DNA of 64,000 nt, taken from the NCBI GenBank assembly GCA_965277285.1, contig OZ255721.1, forward strand, positions 2,592,001 to 2,656,000, written 5' to 3'. Source of the DNA: Abditibacteriaceae bacterium (GTDB lineage: Bacteria > Armatimonadota > Abditibacteriia > Abditibacteriales > Abditibacteriaceae). A program made the translations under genes and the position numbers. A model generated the notes under the pieces. That model had not been told where the DNA came from. It saw nothing but the letters and a program-made list of their open reading frames with translations, and searched no databases. Position 1 is the stretch's first letter. Every line of letters starts with the position of its first letter. Positions 40,088 through 48,559 of this stretch are shown piece after piece.

Positions 40088-40230
40088 ATCACGTTACCTT
40101 TTGTTTTTAAATATACACTTTTCTTATCCGCAAATTTGACAAGAAGGAACACTCGAAGTTTGCCGGTTGCTGGAGCATTCCTTCCTATCCTATGTCAAGA
40201 AGTCTGTGCAAATGAAGTTTTTCATAGTCA

Positions 40231-41139
40231 TCACTTGTTCTTGGCTGGATTTTGGTTTTTTCGCAGTGAAGCTTTACCTTGCGTGACCAAGTTAAGACGT
40301 TCCAACACCTCGATTCCCAAGCGACGATAGGCATCGGCGCCTGGCGAGCGACGATCATAGAGCGCAATAGGTTGACCATGGCTGGGCGCTTCAGCCAGGC
40401 GCACGTTCCGCGGAATCATGGTTTGGAACAAGAGTTGCGAAAAATGTTTTTCCAATTCTTGAGAAACTTGGCCATTAAGTCCCAAGCGGCTTCCATACAT
40501 TGTTCGCACCAAGCCCAATACACTTAGATCGGGATTGAGGCTTCTTTTTATGCGTTCTAAAGTCCGTAGCAACTGACCCAAACCTTCCAGCGCGAAGTAC
40601 TCGCACTGCACGGGAATAATGAGGCGATCGGCGGCTACCAGAGCGTTCACCGTGATAAGAGAAAGTGAAGGTGGTGTGTCAATGAGAATTAAAGGATAGT
40701 CGGGCAGCAAGAGATCGAGTACTCGACGCAGGTCATTGCGTCTCAGATTATCCGCTAATTCTATTTCAGCACCTGCCAAATCAGGAGAGGCACCCACTAC
40801 GCTCAATCCCTCCACTGGCCCCGCAGCTACAGCAGGACGCATGGAAGGTAGTTCCAAGGAACTTGGCAAATCTTCTTTCAACGTGTCATTTAATTCGTTT
40901 AATTGATGTCTCGTCTGAATTCCACTGTTATGCTGCTCTACATCCTCGTTTTTAACAAGACATTGATACAAAGTCGGCTCCGGTAACACGCGAAGTCCAA
41001 CGCCACTCGTCGCATTGCCTTGAGGATCAAGGTCAACCAGGAGAACGCGCTGTCCCCATTGCGCCAGGCTAACTGCCAAATTGATAGCTGTCGTTGTTTT
41101 GCCTACTCCACCTTTTTGGTTAATTACGCTGATTATCAT
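40231..41139 (-). CDS. parA: ParA/Soj ATPase
   Basis: NQKGGVGKTTT, DLDPQGNATS, DTPPSL, PVQCEYFALEG and IPRNVRLAEAPSHG motifs. Confidence 0.95.
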   Translation of the reverse strand: MIISVINQKGGVGKTTTAINLAVSLAQWGQRVLLVDLDPQGNATSGVGLRVLPEPTLYQCLVKNEDVEQHNSGIQTRHQLNELNDTLKEDLPSSLELPSMRPAVAAGPVEGLSVVGASPDLAGAEIELADNLRRNDLRRVLDLLLPDYPLILIDTPPSLSLITVNALVAADRLIIPVQCEYFALEGLGQLLRTLERIKRSLNPDLSVLGLVRTMYGSRLGLNGQVSQELEKHFSQLLFQTMIPRNVRLAEAPSHGQPIALYDRRSPGADAYRRLGIEVLERLNLVTQGKASLRKNQNPAKNK

Positions 41140-41300
41140 AAGTAAATTGGAGACGTCTCCGACGCGCTACAAATGTTTCTGGTTCATAGCCTTTTTAATC
41201 TTGTTAATTGTAGTCGCAGTGTAACGTTTCTAACAAGGCAGTTCATCTTTATTAGGCGAGGCCAAGGATTAAACGACAATGAACTATAGGTGATGATAGA

Positions 41301-41344
41301 AAAACAACAGTGAATGTTTCACGTGAAACATTCACTGTTGTTTT
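41301..41344. promoter_or_regulatory. parS site (41315-41330) nested in a 44-bp perfect palindrome, a likely glgC terminator
   Basis: aaaacaacagtgaaTGTTTCACGTGAAACAttcactgttgtttt. Confidence 0.9.
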
Positions 41345-41352
41345 AGATCGCG

Positions 41353-42810
41353 TCATTCTAAAATCATGCCTTTGGGGATGATGACAACGCCATCATCGGA
41401 GACCGTGAAGCGATTACGGTCGGCTTCGAGATCATAGCCAATAACGGTACCCGGCGGGATTTTGACGTGCTTGTCAATGATGGCGCGCCGGATTTGGCAA
41501 TGACGCCCAATTTCGACATCATCAAATAAGATGCTATCCTCCACGGACGCCCACGAGTGCAGGAACGAGCGTGGCCCGATGATGCTACGTTCAACACGCG
41601 CTCCGCTCACGATGACACCGGTCGAGAGCAGGGAATTGCTGGCAATGCCTACGCGTCCCGGTTCGTTAAAAACGGTTTTTGCGGGTGGGCCAGGTTGATG
41701 GCGGCGATGCGTTGGCCAGTGGCTGTCATACAAGTTGAAAACTGGTGAGACGCTGACCAAGTCCATGTTAGCTTCGTAATAAGAAGCGATGGTTCCGATG
41801 TCGCGCCAGTAAGGCTCGGGTTTCTTGTTTTCGTCTTCAAACTCGTACGCGAACACACGGTCGCCGCCTTGCACCATCTTGGGGATGATGTTTTTCCCGA
41901 AGTCATGTTCGGTGTCCTGCTTCATATCTTCGATCAGGCGGCGCACCAGAAGGCTGGTGGAGAAGATGTAGACGCCCATTGAGGCGTAACATTGATCGCT
42001 GCTGCCAGGCTTGAGAGGCGGTTCTTTCGATTTTTCGACGAAACCTTTGATGCGTCCGCTTTCATCCGCTTCAGCAACGCCCAGGCGTGTCGCTTCTTCT
42101 CGTGAAACGGCTGTACAACTCATCGTCAAGTCGGCGTTGTGGCTCAAGTGGAAGTCCAACATTTTGCCGTAATCCATCTTGTAGATGTGATCGCCGCCCA
42201 ATATCAGAACATAAGCCGGTTTTTCCTGTTCCAGCATATAAATATTTTGATAGATCGCATCGGCAGTCCCTTGATACCAACGCTTCACGTTGCGTTGCTG
42301 AGGTGGGATAACATCAAGGTACTCGCCCATCACGGGATTGAAGATGTCCCACCCCGCTTTGATGTGGCGCTGCAAGGAATACGACTTGTACTGCGTCATA
42401 ACTTGGATGCGGCGCAAACCGCTGTTGATGCAATTGGAAAGGGCGAAGTCGATGATGCGGTAACTGCCGCCAAAAGGCACGGAAGGTTTGGCACGATCAC
42501 GCGTCAAAGGATAAAGACGTTCGCCTTGACCACCGGCCAAAATCATTACAGTGGTCTGTTGCAAGGCCGATTCCTGACCACGCGCCGACATCCCCATACG
42601 CAATGTCGGTGCATAATTGCCACCGTTGAAAGCGCCATTTTCCTGAGGTGGTAAAGATGGTGCGGATGAGGCATCCGATGTAATATGAGGCTCCTGCGTG
42701 GCAGCACTCGATGGCGACGCCGTTTCCTCGGCCATCACGTGGGTCAATGACGTTGAGTGTCCATTGCTTTCTGAGGGGGAAGTGGTTGACGGCTCATTGC
42801 TTTGGTTCAT
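41353..42810 (-). CDS. glgC: Glucose-1-phosphate adenylyltransferase with low-complexity N-terminal extension
   Basis: LAGGQGERLYPLTRDRAKPSVPFGG, WYQGTADA, GDHIYKMDY, DFGKNIIP and YWRDIGT motifs. Confidence 0.95.
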   Translation of the reverse strand: MNQSNEPSTTSPSESNGHSTSLTHVMAEETASPSSAATQEPHITSDASSAPSLPPQENGAFNGGNYAPTLRMGMSARGQESALQQTTVMILAGGQGERLYPLTRDRAKPSVPFGGSYRIIDFALSNCINSGLRRIQVMTQYKSYSLQRHIKAGWDIFNPVMGEYLDVIPPQQRNVKRWYQGTADAIYQNIYMLEQEKPAYVLILGGDHIYKMDYGKMLDFHLSHNADLTMSCTAVSREEATRLGVAEADESGRIKGFVEKSKEPPLKPGSSDQCYASMGVYIFSTSLLVRRLIEDMKQDTEHDFGKNIIPKMVQGGDRVFAYEFEDENKKPEPYWRDIGTIASYYEANMDLVSVSPVFNLYDSHWPTHRRHQPGPPAKTVFNEPGRVGIASNSLLSTGVIVSGARVERSIIGPRSFLHSWASVEDSILFDDVEIGRHCQIRRAIIDKHVKIPPGTVIGYDLEADRNRFTVSDDGVVIIPKGMILE

Positions 42811-43024
42811 AGAATCACCGTGGTTTATTTATCCGAAAAACGCGTCGTTCGCTTTGGTCGCAAAACATACGTTGTCGCAAGACTTGTGCGAAGATCGAGT
42901 ACTCGATGCGTCGTGATATGACAGTACAATTAGCGATTTAAGTTCAGGAAGTGCCTTTGCCGAAAGGACATTTGGGAAACGGCTCAGGACGCGATAGCTT
43001 ACGCTATTTGCAGCGATGGAAAGA

Positions 43025-43402
43025 TCAGGCGCTTTGCGCGCGTTCAGCCAACAATCGCTTGACGGTTTGCTTCAGTTCGCTCAAATCGGAGCTTTTCACG
43101 ACGTAGGCGTCCGCGGACCAAGAGGAAAAAGAATCTTTGTAGGAAGGGTAAGCGCTGTTGATGATCACGGGAATGTGACTGTCGTGTTCCATCATCTGGC
43201 TGAGAGCGTCCAAACCGTCCATGACGGGCATATTGATGTCCATGACGACGAGATCGGGCGAATGCTCTTGCACGGCCTTGAGAGCGGCGCGTCCATCTTC
43301 CGCCGTGACGACGCGATAACCTTCCTCAATCAATTCTTCTTCGTACAAAGTACGCTGATGTAAATCGTCTTCGACTACCAAAATAGTGTGCTGGCTCATC
43401 AT
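43025..43402 (-). CDS. Single-domain response regulator
   Basis: ILVVEDD, PDLVVMDINMP and YVVKSSD motifs. Confidence 0.9.
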   Translation of the reverse strand: MMSQHTILVVEDDLHQRTLYEEELIEEGYRVVTAEDGRAALKAVQEHSPDLVVMDINMPVMDGLDALSQMMEHDSHIPVIINSAYPSYKDSFSSWSADAYVVKSSDLSELKQTVKRLLAERAQSA

Positions 43403-43792
43403 GCAACTCCTTTTAAACTTCACAAGCACTTGCGGCCTGTCAATCACGCCTGGGTCGAACGAAATACCAACGAGGGCTCGATGCACCAAACAAAGTACAA
43501 GAGCGATGGTGTACAAGCAAATGCGAGAAACCCGATGTCGATGAGAGGAACGCAATAACTTAGAGCAATTTTCGTGACTATGTCTTCCTAAATACCCCTA
43601 AAAACAGGACTTGACCGAGACTTTCTATTTGTCAGGATTGCTTCTCATTGTAGCACGACTTGAGAAAAAATAAAGTCTTCGCAAAAAATGGCAAAACGGT
43701 TTGGAGCAGCAATCATCAAAACCTGAAACCTGAGCCAAATAACCTGTTCAACCGCGTCTTCGTTCCCGCCAGATACTGCTAACGGCAACGCT

Positions 43793-43820
43793 TTGCAACA
43801 TCGAGTACTCGATGTTGCAA
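43793..43820. repeat. 28-bp perfect palindrome centred on TCGAGTACTCGA
   Basis: ttgcaacatcgagtactcgatgttgcaa just past the kinase stop. Confidence 0.85.
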
Positions 43821-43831
43821 TTACTTTTCAT

Positions 43832-46800
43832 TTAAGCCGCAGCGCCTGCATCAGCGCCGTCAGCCACGCTTTCGGCGGCAGAACTTTCGACGGCAGAACT
43901 TTCAGAGTTGGCCAAACGCAAGGGCAGCGAAATGACAAAGGTGGTGCCTTGATTAGGGGTTGTGTCCTGGTTAGCGGTGGTACCTTGGTTGGTGGTTGTG
44001 CCTTGATTGGCGCCTGAAAACACATTGATATCGCCGCCATGATCGCGGATGATGCGGAGCGTTACGGCGAGTCCCAAACCAGAGCCGCGGATTTTGGTGG
44101 AAAAGAATGGATCGAAAATCTGCTTCAGGGCGCGTTCTGGAATACCGACGCCAGTATCGCGCACTTCGATTTCGATTACGGATTTTTCATTTTTCTCCGC
44201 GATGCGCGTGGCGATAAACATTAGGCCGCCGTCGGGCATGGCCTGCGCGCCATTGCGCATGGTGTTCAGCAAAGCTTGCAACAAGCGGCGTCGATCCACC
44301 AGAATGTTTGGCAAATCGGGCGTGAGTTCCTTTTTAACATCGACACCAGCGGCGGCGATATCGGCACCCGCCAACAAAAGCGCGTGTTCGACAATGTCGT
44401 TGATGCTGTGTGGCTGCAGATCGAGTTCACGAGGACGCGCCATGTCGAGCAAATCGGTCAGAAGTTCTTCCAAGCGCTCAACTTCTTCCACGATGATGCC
44501 GGTTTTTTTCTGCACGTTGTCGCCGTCGTTGACGTTCCTCAAGATGCTGCGCGCAAAGCCGCCAATAGTCGCCAGAGGATTGCGAATTTCATGCGATACG
44601 CGCGCCGCCATTTCGCCGACCACGACCAATCGTTCGGCGGAAATCAGTTCTTTTTGCGCTTTTTGCAAAGCCTGATAAGTAAGGGCATTATCCACGGTCA
44701 GTCCAGCTTGCTGGGCGACGGTATCGAGAAGGCGCAGATCGTCTTCTTGCATGGGCGCCATCGAATACATATAATCGGCCAATACGACGCCAACGACGCG
44801 ATCTTTGGCGACCAGTGGCGCAATGGCGGTTTCAGGTGCCGACAGTAAATCGATCAAAACCCGCGATTGCGGTGGCATTTCGCACGATTCGTCGTGTACC
44901 ACTAACTCCTGGCGCGTTGCGAAAAGAGCGCGCCTTTCATAAATCGCCTTTTTCAGAGGACGAATACACGATTGGTGTAAATCAATGGTGACATCCAGCG
45001 CCTGTTGCTGCAACAACGTGGGGTGCATCACATCGAAAGCAGTTTCATCAGCCAATATTTCCTGCAAGCTCATATCGCGCTGGCCCATATCGCTCCAAAT
45101 CTGGGCAGCTTCTTCCGCTGATGACGGGCCGAGCGCCATCGCGCACCGCAATTTTTCGCTGTCTTCATCGAAGAGCATCAAAAAAGCGCGGTTGAAGCCC
45201 AATGCCGGACCCGCCGTGATGCACGTCAAGACCGTATGCAATACGCGATTGATGTCGAGCGAAGCTTGAAAAAGTCGCCCCATCTCGTTCATCAATTGTA
45301 GTTGTTGCGTTTGGCGCCAGCGCTGCGTCAGGTTGATTAGCAACACGACGACGCGCGCGCGTCCGCGAAAGTAAACGCGCGACAAGCGCAAGTCGAAAAC
45401 CTGCTCGATTTCGTGTGTTTCGTCGGTGCGCACCCAAACGTGCACCTCGGCGATTTCGCGCGGTTGGCCATCACGCGTCACATCGCGTAATACCTCGCGC
45501 AACTCATGTTTTTCGCAGGTTTGCTCGCCCAACACATCGGTTATTTTGCGTCCCAGAAGAGTACCGCGCGTTTGATGCCAGGTGCGCAGAAGACGTTCGT
45601 TAACCAACTCGATTTCGCCTTCGCTACTGACCACCATCAACGAATGCGACATGGTGCCGACCACGGTTTCGTTGAACTCTTTCAGCTCGCTCATTTCATG
45701 GAACATCCGGCTCGATTGGATGTGCGAGGAAACGATCAGCGACGCGGTTTGCAAGGCGACGGCATCGCGCGGATCAAAAGAATTGGCGCGCTCGCTTTGT
45801 ACTTGTAAAACGCCGATGGTGCGGCCTTCAATTTTAATCGGGACGTAAATCTCAGCGCCGGTATCACGAAAAGCGCCAGGGAATCGAGTACTCGTTCGTC
45901 CCGCCGCGGCATCGTTTTGAAAATGCAGGGCGCCGCGATAAAACGCTTGATGCAGCGGCGTACCGCTTTCGACGCGCACCAGAGCGCCCGGCGAAGATGC
46001 CAATCCATGTCCACCGGTTTGCGCGACAACCACCAGGTAATCACAACGTTCCGCCGAAGACGCATCTGTCGACGCATTGCTGGCGTTGTTTTGAAAACCA
46101 GGTGTCGCATCGAGCACGGAATGCGCGGACGAGGCAAGGAGGGCGCGCGGCGAATCGCGGAATAAGAGAACCGAGACATCACAATGCCGAAAATGGCTTT
46201 GGATGGCGCCCGTCACCTGATACAGAAAATCGTTGATGTCGCGCGTGGCCAGAGCGCATTGCTGCACGTCGTTAATAAGCGCGAGGTGCTGCGCGCGACT
46301 TTGTTCTTGCAAAAACAAGGTGCGATAACGCTCTTCGCTTTGCGACAGTTCACGCGTGCGCGAGGCGACGCGATCTTCCAATTGCTCGGCGTAGTTTTGT
46401 AGCTCGCGCTGCATTTGGCGAAGCTGCGTCACATCGCGGATGATGACTTGCGCGACCGGCAAACCGTCTACATTCACCCAGTTGCAGGAAAGCGAAATCG
46501 GCACCAGCAAGCCATCGTCGCGGCGCACCGCCATTTCTTCCAGGCGGATATTGGACGAGCCGCCGGGCTGTGAAACCAGCCATGTCGCTTGCTCGCGGTG
46601 CGCGTGGTCAAACAGTTCGGGAAACGGAATGCCGAAAAGTTCGCTGCGCGGCTTGCCCATCAAGCGTTCGGCCTGCGCATTGACTTCGACGATACGGCCT
46701 TCGCCGGGCCGAAAGGAGATAATCGCTTCGGAGGCGTTCTCGAACAGCGAAAAGTATTTGGTTTCCGACGCGCTCCACTGACGGTCGCGCGCCGATTGAT

Positions 46801-47215
46801 AGCCTTCGCTGAAAGCCAATTCAAAAGCCGCCGATTGCGATTCGATAATGTCGGTCATGCGTTGAACCAAAGACGGATCGTCCGCGAAATGTCGGGCGAT
46901 CATTTTCGTTTGTATCTGGCGATGCAAAGCCGCCACGCGCATCATGGAAGTCACATGAACGCGCGGACGCACGCGCGACAAAGCACGATGCCGCGCATAT
47001 TGAAAACATCGCTCGTCGGATGCGTTGGCGATGTTGTCCATCAACAAGCCCAAAAGCGAAGTCACGGCTTGCTGAAATTCGTGCGTTTGAGCCAGTTCGT
47101 GAAGTTCTTCCAAGTCGGGCGACTCGGCGATGAGCGCCAACAAGCGTCGCACAACGTTGTCCTGACGTTTGCGCAAATAACTGGCAAGAAGTTCACGTAC
47201 CGGCGGCTGTCGCAT
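43832..47215 (-). CDS. Cytoplasmic PAS/GAF sensor histidine kinase
   Basis: PAS and GAF segments, H-box HEIRNPL, N-box and DTGVGI, FDPFFSTK, GSGLGL; no TM segment seen. Confidence 0.9.
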   Translation of the reverse strand: MRQPPVRELLASYLRKRQDNVVRRLLALIAESPDLEELHELAQTHEFQQAVTSLLGLLMDNIANASDERCFQYARHRALSRVRPRVHVTSMMRVAALHRQIQTKMIARHFADDPSLVQRMTDIIESQSAAFELAFSEGYQSARDRQWSASETKYFSLFENASEAIISFRPGEGRIVEVNAQAERLMGKPRSELFGIPFPELFDHAHREQATWLVSQPGGSSNIRLEEMAVRRDDGLLVPISLSCNWVNVDGLPVAQVIIRDVTQLRQMQRELQNYAEQLEDRVASRTRELSQSEERYRTLFLQEQSRAQHLALINDVQQCALATRDINDFLYQVTGAIQSHFRHCDVSVLLFRDSPRALLASSAHSVLDATPGFQNNASNASTDASSAERCDYLVVVAQTGGHGLASSPGALVRVESGTPLHQAFYRGALHFQNDAAAGRTSTRFPGAFRDTGAEIYVPIKIEGRTIGVLQVQSERANSFDPRDAVALQTASLIVSSHIQSSRMFHEMSELKEFNETVVGTMSHSLMVVSSEGEIELVNERLLRTWHQTRGTLLGRKITDVLGEQTCEKHELREVLRDVTRDGQPREIAEVHVWVRTDETHEIEQVFDLRLSRVYFRGRARVVVLLINLTQRWRQTQQLQLMNEMGRLFQASLDINRVLHTVLTCITAGPALGFNRAFLMLFDEDSEKLRCAMALGPSSAEEAAQIWSDMGQRDMSLQEILADETAFDVMHPTLLQQQALDVTIDLHQSCIRPLKKAIYERRALFATRQELVVHDESCEMPPQSRVLIDLLSAPETAIAPLVAKDRVVGVVLADYMYSMAPMQEDDLRLLDTVAQQAGLTVDNALTYQALQKAQKELISAERLVVVGEMAARVSHEIRNPLATIGGFARSILRNVNDGDNVQKKTGIIVEEVERLEELLTDLLDMARPRELDLQPHSINDIVEHALLLAGADIAAAGVDVKKELTPDLPNILVDRRRLLQALLNTMRNGAQAMPDGGLMFIATRIAEKNEKSVIEIEVRDTGVGIPERALKQIFDPFFSTKIRGSGLGLAVTLRIIRDHGGDINVFSGANQGTTTNQGTTANQDTTPNQGTTFVISLPLRLANSESSAVESSAAESVADGADAGAAA

Positions 47216-47220
47216 AAAAA

Positions 47221-47295
47221 GGGATGAGGGATGAGGTGTCAGGGATGAAGAATCGAGTACTCGAAAGTCGTTACTCGTCCCTCATCCCTGACACC
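47221..47295. repeat. Heptamer (GGGATGA) tandem/inverted repeat enclosing a palindrome copy
   Basis: gggatga gggatga ggtgtca gggatga ... tcgtccc tcatccc tgacacc. Confidence 0.7.
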
Positions 47296-47307
47296 TTGTT
47301 CCTGCTG

Positions 47308-48336
47308 TTAAATCGCTTCGCGCAAGTATTCGGTGGCGCTTTCGGGAGAAATCGGGTTGATGTAGAACCCTGTTCCCCACTCGAAACCGGCGACTTTGGT
47401 CAGGCGCGGCAAGATATCGATGCGCCAGTGAAATGACTGCGGAATCGTGCTCCAAGATTCGTCCTGCGATGCGCGCGGCGCGGCGTGCGGCGCCGTTTGC
47501 ACAATCATATTATACGCCGGATTACCCAACGCTTCGTTAATTCTCTTCAGACTGCGCGGCAATACTTCGCTCAGCGCCGTGATTTCTTCGGGCGTCATCA
47601 GCGTGAAATCGTGGCTGTGGCGGCGCGGATAAATCTGCAACTCGAAGGGGAAACGCGCTGCGTAAGGACTTAAAACGACGAAATGTTCATTTTCTTCCAC
47701 CACGCGATCTTTCATCGAGATTTCCTGGCGAATGATGTCGCAGAAAACGCAGCGCTCTTTTTGCGAAAAGTAGTTATACGAAGCGTCTACGGTTTCCTTG
47801 ATTTGCGCAGGAATCACCGGCACCGAAATAATCTGAGAGTGCGGATGCGCCAGGCTCGCGCCCGCCGCAATTCCCGCATTACGAAAGACCAACGTGTGCA
47901 AAAAGCGCGGGTCTTGACGCAAGGCGTTCATGCGCTCGATGTAGACATCAATGATGTCGCGCGCTTCTTCGGGTTTAGCGTCGGCGAAGTCCCATTCCAA
48001 TTCGGGGCTTTCGATGACGACTTCGTGCGCGCCAATGCCGTTCATTTTGTCGAACATTCCCAAACCCTGGCGGTCGAGTTCGCCTTCTTGAGTGAGAGCG
48101 GGAAATTTATTGGAGACGACGCGCACTTTCCAGCCCGGTGAATTGGCGGGCGCATCTGCAGCGCGGCCTCGTTGCGCGAGTTCGGGCGGCGTTTTGTCTT
48201 CGTTGCCGGGCGCAAACGGATCGAAACCGCTGGGCGGCGGCTCGGCTTCAGAAAAAAAGTCGTTGGGACGGCGGCTGCGTTCGGCAGCAATAATCACCCA
48301 GCGGTCGATCACCGGGTCTTTGCGAAGTTCGGGCAT
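47308..48336 (-). CDS. galT: Galactose-1-phosphate uridylyltransferase family protein
   Basis: MPELRKDP, NKFPAL, GAHEVVIE, GASLAHPHSQ and AGFEWGTG motifs. Confidence 0.9.
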   Translation of the reverse strand: MPELRKDPVIDRWVIIAAERSRRPNDFFSEAEPPPSGFDPFAPGNEDKTPPELAQRGRAADAPANSPGWKVRVVSNKFPALTQEGELDRQGLGMFDKMNGIGAHEVVIESPELEWDFADAKPEEARDIIDVYIERMNALRQDPRFLHTLVFRNAGIAAGASLAHPHSQIISVPVIPAQIKETVDASYNYFSQKERCVFCDIIRQEISMKDRVVEENEHFVVLSPYAARFPFELQIYPRRHSHDFTLMTPEEITALSEVLPRSLKRINEALGNPAYNMIVQTAPHAAPRASQDESWSTIPQSFHWRIDILPRLTKVAGFEWGTGFYINPISPESATEYLREAI

Positions 48337-48559
48337 GAAAGATTTCCTCTGAATATGTAATCTGCGAAATATGTAATCTGCGAATCGAGTACTCGATTCA
48401 TCTTCTGATGCCTTGTACTTTACCAAGACCATGTGGAAGCTGCGTTACAAAACAGCGACAGGAGAAAAGGGATGAATATTCGCGTAACGACAATGCACGC
48501 GCCTCTTGCGATACCTCCACATTTTCAAAATGCGCGACTATTCATTCCTTATCCTTTGC

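Noticed and set aside
40088..41352. oriC next to parAB
   Set aside because: Only an isolated one-mismatch DnaA-box-like 9-mer (ttatccgca near 40124) was seen; no box cluster and no dnaA or dnaN.
43860..44010. 15- and 18-bp tandem repeats in the kinase C-terminus (NQGTT x4, ESSA x3)
   Set aside because: In-frame low-complexity slippage repeats with no sign of phase variation.
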